Shown here piece after piece: positions 59,794-64,000 of a stretch of 64,000 nt of DNA (its first letter is position 1; each line of letters starts with the position of its first letter). Source of the DNA: a virus. Below the pieces are notes generated by a model, which had not been told where the DNA came from, did no database searches, and worked only from the letters and a program-made list of their open reading frames with translations. The translations under genes and the position numbers were made by a program. Where the stretch lies: positions 1 to 64,000 of IMG/VR virus record IMGVR_UViG_3300007960_010163; one strand, given 5' to 3'.

Positions 59794-61127
59794 TGCAGTA
59801 AGGACCAGATTCCTGTATATCCTGCAAATTTCCCAGAATCAGTGTTGTAAATCAACATGCCCTCTACTGGGCTAGAAATCGCATTCATTTGAGCGGTTGT
59901 CATTCTAGGCATAATTGGAGCGCTGACTGTTGTAGATAAATCCAATATACCTTCCGGGGTAGAAGTTCCAATACCTAGTCTAGTATTACCTGTATCATAA
60001 ACAAAATCATTTTTAGAGCAAATTATTCCGGCAGAATCAACCGCTTCTTCAAAAAATGTTATTCCGCTAACATTAACTGTTTTATTGTTCTTTACATCTC
60101 CACCACCTAATTTAGGATTTCCGGGCTGTACTAAAATAGTACCTTGACTACTATGATTTCTAATTACATGGCCAACTGAAACTTGATAGTTTGGTGAAGT
60201 TGGTTTGACTCCAGTAACAGCCCCAGATTCTATAGCAAGAAAAACTTCATCTCCAGCAGAAAAAGTTGCCGTATTCAAACCCCTCACAATCCCATAAGTA
60301 GTTATATATCCAAAGTCATTATTGGCTATATCATGAGTTGCTAATCCTATAACCTGAGAATTATCTTCTGAATCAGCAGAAGCTAAAGTAATTGTTGGTC
60401 CTTCTAGTCCAATCGCTCCATTTATTCTTACTGCTTGTCCATTATTTATAGTGCTACCAATAGTATTTTTAGCTCTTATATATTCTTCTTGACCAATTTG
60501 TAAAGTGATATCAGCTTCGTCGTTATACGTTGCTAATGATTTATTGACATCATCATAAAAAAGTCTTCCTTCTTTATAGGCTTGATTAGCGCCAACACCA
60601 ACAGTAAAATCAATTGCATCAAAATCTCCGGTCAGAGTTTCTAATTGAACTCCGCTTCCATTTACAGTTAACGCTCCAGTAAAACTACCGCTTCCAAAAG
60701 CTAAGTTTTCTCCAGTAACAAAATAAAAATCTCCAGTTCCCCCATAAATTGTTCCATTTTCTACAATTAAATTACTATTATTTTTTACATTAACTTGGTC
60801 TTCTAGATTAATTTGACCTCCGCTAACATGAAGCGCTCCATTTGGAGCAGGAGTAGAGCTTCTTGGCGTACTTATAGGGTATCCTATTTTTACAGCGCCA
60901 GCAAAAACATTATTTGGGGTATAAATATTGTTTGGGTCAACTAAAATACCCTGCGCACCAGAGAAATCGGCATTACCTGCAAAGTATTTCCATCCGCTTA
61001 AATTAAAATTACCACTAGCTAATCCAGTAGCAATTTCCGAGTTAGATGTGATTTGACCCTGTAAATCTCCGGACAAATTGTCGAATGTATCCTGTAATCC
61101 ATCTACTTGTTTAAATTTTATTCCCAT
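59790..61127 (-). CDS. Putative tail fibre/virion protein
   Basis: Gly-rich beta repeats, RLGIGTSTP, PRMTTAQMNAISSPVEGMLIYNTD. Confidence 0.7.
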   Translation of the reverse strand: MGIKFKQVDGLQDTFDNLSGDLQGQITSNSEIATGLASGNFNLSGWKYFAGNADFSGAQGILVDPNNIYTPNNVFAGAVKIGYPISTPRSSTPAPNGALHVSGGQINLEDQVNVKNNSNLIVENGTIYGGTGDFYFVTGENLAFGSGSFTGALTVNGSGVQLETLTGDFDAIDFTVGVGANQAYKEGRLFYDDVNKSLATYNDEADITLQIGQEEYIRAKNTIGSTINNGQAVRINGAIGLEGPTITLASADSEDNSQVIGLATHDIANNDFGYITTYGIVRGLNTATFSAGDEVFLAIESGAVTGVKPTSPNYQVSVGHVIRNHSSQGTILVQPGNPKLGGGDVKNNKTVNVSGITFFEEAVDSAGIICSKNDFVYDTGNTRLGIGTSTPEGILDLSTTVSAPIMPRMTTAQMNAISSPVEGMLIYNTDSGKFAGYTGIWSLLH

Positions 61128-61199
61128 GTCCTTTATTCCTCAAATAAAATATACACTTTTTTCATTGAAAATACCTTTAATATATACTATTATCCGAAA

Positions 61200-61751
61200 A
61201 TGAGTATTTCTATATATAAACCAAATTCCAAGAACTCAGGGTCTGGGTTCTCTTTTCAAATCGGCATATCAAAGAATCAAGAGCCAGCGCTTTTTATAAA
61301 ATCAATATTGCAAGCCAACTGGGATTCAAATAAAAAACAAGGATCCTTTAAAGAAAACCTTGATAATCCGGAAAAAAATATTACAGTTAAGTTCTCTGAA
61401 TATGAAGTTGGTCATATTATTCACGCAATGAGAACTAGATGCACATATACCACCTATCATTCTTACGAAAGCGATAGGACTAATATTAAGTTCATGCCTT
61501 GGGATAAAAAAGCCAAGAAGTCAATGAAGACAGAAGATGGTGAATGGAAAGATCATTGGGTTGAAGTTCCAGCCTTTAGTATTTCTTTTGTCAGAAATGG
61601 TAATCAAAACTTCGTAATTGGATTGGAACCCGGAGAGACAGAAACTGTCATTGAGTTTTTGCGCTTTTATCTTAAAACCCTGTTCTCTCATAGGTTTGAC
61701 AAGCAAATTCTAGACATTAAGAAAGCTAAAGAACGACGAGAAAATGCGTAA
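61200..61751 (+). CDS. Hypothetical conserved phage protein
   Basis: MSISIYKPNSKNSG..; ATG 6 nt after TTGAAA-17-TATTAT. Confidence 0.65.
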   Translation: MSISIYKPNSKNSGSGFSFQIGISKNQEPALFIKSILQANWDSNKKQGSFKENLDNPEKNITVKFSEYEVGHIIHAMRTRCTYTTYHSYESDRTNIKFMPWDKKAKKSMKTEDGEWKDHWVEVPAFSISFVRNGNQNFVIGLEPGETETVIEFLRFYLKTLFSHRFDKQILDIKKAKERRENA

Positions 61752-63624
61752 GAAAAAAATACTATTCCATAGTAATCACTCAAAAGCTTTTACTGGATTT
61801 GGCAAAAATGCTAAAAACGTTTTAATACATCTCCATAAAACAGGAAAATATGAAATTGTAGAATTTGCCAATGGATTCCAGTGGAGCGCTCCAAAATTAA
61901 AACAACTTCCTTGGAGAGCGTATGGATCTTTGCCAGATAATCCTGCTCTAATTGAAAAGCTCAATAAAGATCCAAAATTAGGCAGAGCGGCAGGATATGG
62001 CGCAAATATGATCGACAGGATCATACAACAAGAAAAACCCGATTTATACATTGGCGCAGAAGACATATGGGCCTTTAATGAATATACTGAAAAAAAGTGG
62101 TGGAATAAAACAAACTGCATGATTTGGACTACGCTTGATAGTCTTCCAATACTACCAGATGCAGTAAATAAAGCTTCAGAAATCAAAAATTATTATGTAT
62201 GGGCTTCTTTTGCAGAAAAAGCTCTTCATGATCTTGGTCACAATCATGTAAAAACTCTTCACGGCTCCATAGATTGTTCAACTTTTTTCAGATTGGAGAA
62301 CGAAAGAAGAGCTCAACTTCGGGCAATAAATGGTATTAGTCAAAATTCGTATGTTATCGGATTTATATTCAGAAACCAATTAAGAAAAAGCGTTCCAAAT
62401 ATTCTTGAAGGTTTTAAAATGTTCCTTAATCAAGAGCCTACTTCTAATGCTCGTCTATTACTACATACCCATTGGTCAGAAGGATGGGATATACCTCGCT
62501 TGATTCATGAAAAAGGTATCGATCCAAATTTGATATTAACTACTTATTTTTGCCAAAATTGTGGTTCATATGAAATAAGAAATTTTAACGGTCAACAATT
62601 ACAATGCAGATCTTGTGGCCAGAAAAAGCTAAACACAACTAATACCACTCATGGAGTAAATGAGCATCAGTTAAATGAGATATACAATTTAATGGATGTA
62701 TATTGTCATCCGTTCACTTCTGGAGGGCAAGAAATCCCTATACAAGAAGCAAAGCTTACTGAACTTATTACCCTTGTTACAGATTATAGTTGTGGAACTG
62801 ATAGCTGCAACCCAGAAAGTGGCGGAATCCCTCTTGACTGGTGCGAATATAGAGAGCCCGGAACTCAGTTTATTAAGGCCACTACTTACCCATCAAGTAT
62901 TTCAAAAAATCTGAGAAAGGTTTTTAATATGAAGCCTGAAAAAAGGCTGGCTCAAGGAAAAAAATCTCGTCAATACGTTCTCGATAATTATGATTCTTCG
63001 GTCATAGGTAAAAAACTAGAATTGATTATTGATGAAATGCCAGAAATTAACTGGGATTTTGATTTCTCTTTTGTAAAACGAGATCCTAATTATAATCCTC
63101 CAAATATAGAAGATGACAGTGAATGGATTATTGATTTGTATAAAAACATTTTAAAAACTAATCTTGATGCCAGCGACTCAGGTCATCAGCACTGGATGGA
63201 AAGACTTAGGACAGATATGAATCGCAAGCAAGTATTGGACTATTTTAAATCTGTTGCTATTAAAGAAAATTCCGAAAATAGTAAAGTCAGCCTTGAGTCT
63301 TTAATTGAAAAATCTAATAACAAAACAGCTCTAATAGTTTCATCGGCAGATGCATCAACAATTTTTGCGGCTACATCTTTATTGGATTCTTTTCATGAAA
63401 CCTACAAAGGTACAGATCTTTATTTTGCATGCCATCCAAATTTCCATGATATATTAAATGGAAACCCTAATATTAAAAAGGTTTTGCAATACGATGAGCA
63501 AATGGAAGATGAGTTTTTAATGACTGGTCGCGCTGGTCAAAAAGGATATTTCGATTATTATATTAACTTAAATAATTCTCACTTAAAAAACATTACTTCT
63601 AAAAACTGTTATGCATTTCGTTGA
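61744..63624 (+). CDS. Multidomain GT4-like glycosyltransferase
   Basis: TGFG, RNQLRK, CxxC..CxxC insert, YNLMDVY..SGGQEIPIQEA; C-terminal GT9-N-lobe-like ILNGNPNIKKV. Confidence 0.8.
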   Translation: MRKKKILFHSNHSKAFTGFGKNAKNVLIHLHKTGKYEIVEFANGFQWSAPKLKQLPWRAYGSLPDNPALIEKLNKDPKLGRAAGYGANMIDRIIQQEKPDLYIGAEDIWAFNEYTEKKWWNKTNCMIWTTLDSLPILPDAVNKASEIKNYYVWASFAEKALHDLGHNHVKTLHGSIDCSTFFRLENERRAQLRAINGISQNSYVIGFIFRNQLRKSVPNILEGFKMFLNQEPTSNARLLLHTHWSEGWDIPRLIHEKGIDPNLILTTYFCQNCGSYEIRNFNGQQLQCRSCGQKKLNTTNTTHGVNEHQLNEIYNLMDVYCHPFTSGGQEIPIQEAKLTELITLVTDYSCGTDSCNPESGGIPLDWCEYREPGTQFIKATTYPSSISKNLRKVFNMKPEKRLAQGKKSRQYVLDNYDSSVIGKKLELIIDEMPEINWDFDFSFVKRDPNYNPPNIEDDSEWIIDLYKNILKTNLDASDSGHQHWMERLRTDMNRKQVLDYFKSVAIKENSENSKVSLESLIEKSNNKTALIVSSADASTIFAATSLLDSFHETYKGTDLYFACHPNFHDILNGNPNIKKVLQYDEQMEDEFLMTGRAGQKGYFDYYINLNNSHLKNITSKNCYAFR

Positions 63625-64000
63625 ATCTTTAGCCGTAGGGGCAGGGCTTAAATCCTCACGCCCGTTTATTGAGGACTCATTTTTTCCAATAGTACCCGAA
63701 AAGTATATCACCTTTTGTACGGAAAATCATCAAAGCAAACAATGGGATCACTTTCAGGAGTATTTGGATATCATATCGCCAATTCTTCAAAAGAACAATA
63801 TCAGTATTATTGAAATAGGAAGTAATGACGTAAAATTAAATGGTCAAATCAATCTTAAAAAAGTTACTGGCCCCAATCATTGGTCTTATATAATTAAGAA
63901 ATCTTTACTTCATGTTGGTCCTGAAAATTTTATATCTCAAATAGCTTCTTTTCATAACAGGCCTTTTATAGCATTTTTCTCAAATACTGATCCAGAGTAC
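63611..64000 (+). CDS. GT9-like protein (runs off window)
   Basis: Translated by hand: MHFVESLA..KQWDHFQEY..IIEIG..IIKKSLLHVGPENFISQIAS..PFIAFFSNTDP. Confidence 0.6.
   Translation, partial: MHFVESLAVGAGLKSSRPFIEDSFFPIVPEKYITFCTENHQSKQWDHFQEYLDIISPILQKNNISIIEIGSNDVKLNGQINLKKVTGPNHWSYIIKKSLLHVGPENFISQIASFHNRPFIAFFSNTDPEY

Noticed and set aside
61776-62186. 136-aa minus-strand ORF and similar 60-120 aa antisense ORFs throughout
   Set aside because: Fully antisense to well-supported genes, with no motifs
1-64000. tRNA, rRNA, integrase, transposase, reverse transcriptase/DGR, stop-codon recoding
   Set aside because: None recognised by eye; standard-code ORFs tile the window almost completely. 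tRNAscan/Infernal were not run

Overview
AT-rich, densely packed, mostly minus-strand segment of a large tailed dsDNA bacteriophage, probably aquatic. A Verrucomicrobia/PVC host is inferred but not proven. It holds a replication/recombination module (DnaG-type primase cut by the left edge, DnaB helicase, RecA-like recombinase, SSB, dNMP kinase, a phage sigma factor) and a ribonucleotide reductase whose nrdB and nrdA genes lie about 33 kb apart and whose NrdB lacks the radical tyrosine (class Ic-like). It also holds several tail-fibre/virion-type proteins. The dominant feature is a very large soluble glycan-building apparatus in two blocks (about 11.9-40.2 kb and 46.9-55.8 kb). This includes nucleotide-sugar enzymes (Gmd, Fcl, GME-like, Glf, Ugd-like, WbpB/WbpD-like), more than 15 glycosyltransferase-like genes, 8 sulfotransferase-like genes, 2 methyltransferases and a sulfatase. 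An APS kinase fused to a HIGH-motif nucleotidyltransferase lies nearby and may supply PAPS. No flippase, polymerase or lipid-carrier initiating enzyme is visible, which points to a phage-autonomous sulfated-glycan system, probably decorating the virion. Non-coding signals read directly from the sequence are two promoter classes (sigma70-like, and a recurring AGTGTA motif) that both place start codons at the expected transcription start (leaderless mRNAs), an NrdR-box-like palindrome, an RHH operator-like repeat and a GATC-centred dyad at the strand switch. There is also an unannotated 29-aa cationic amphipathic peptide ORF. All family calls come from motif recognition by eye; no database search was run.
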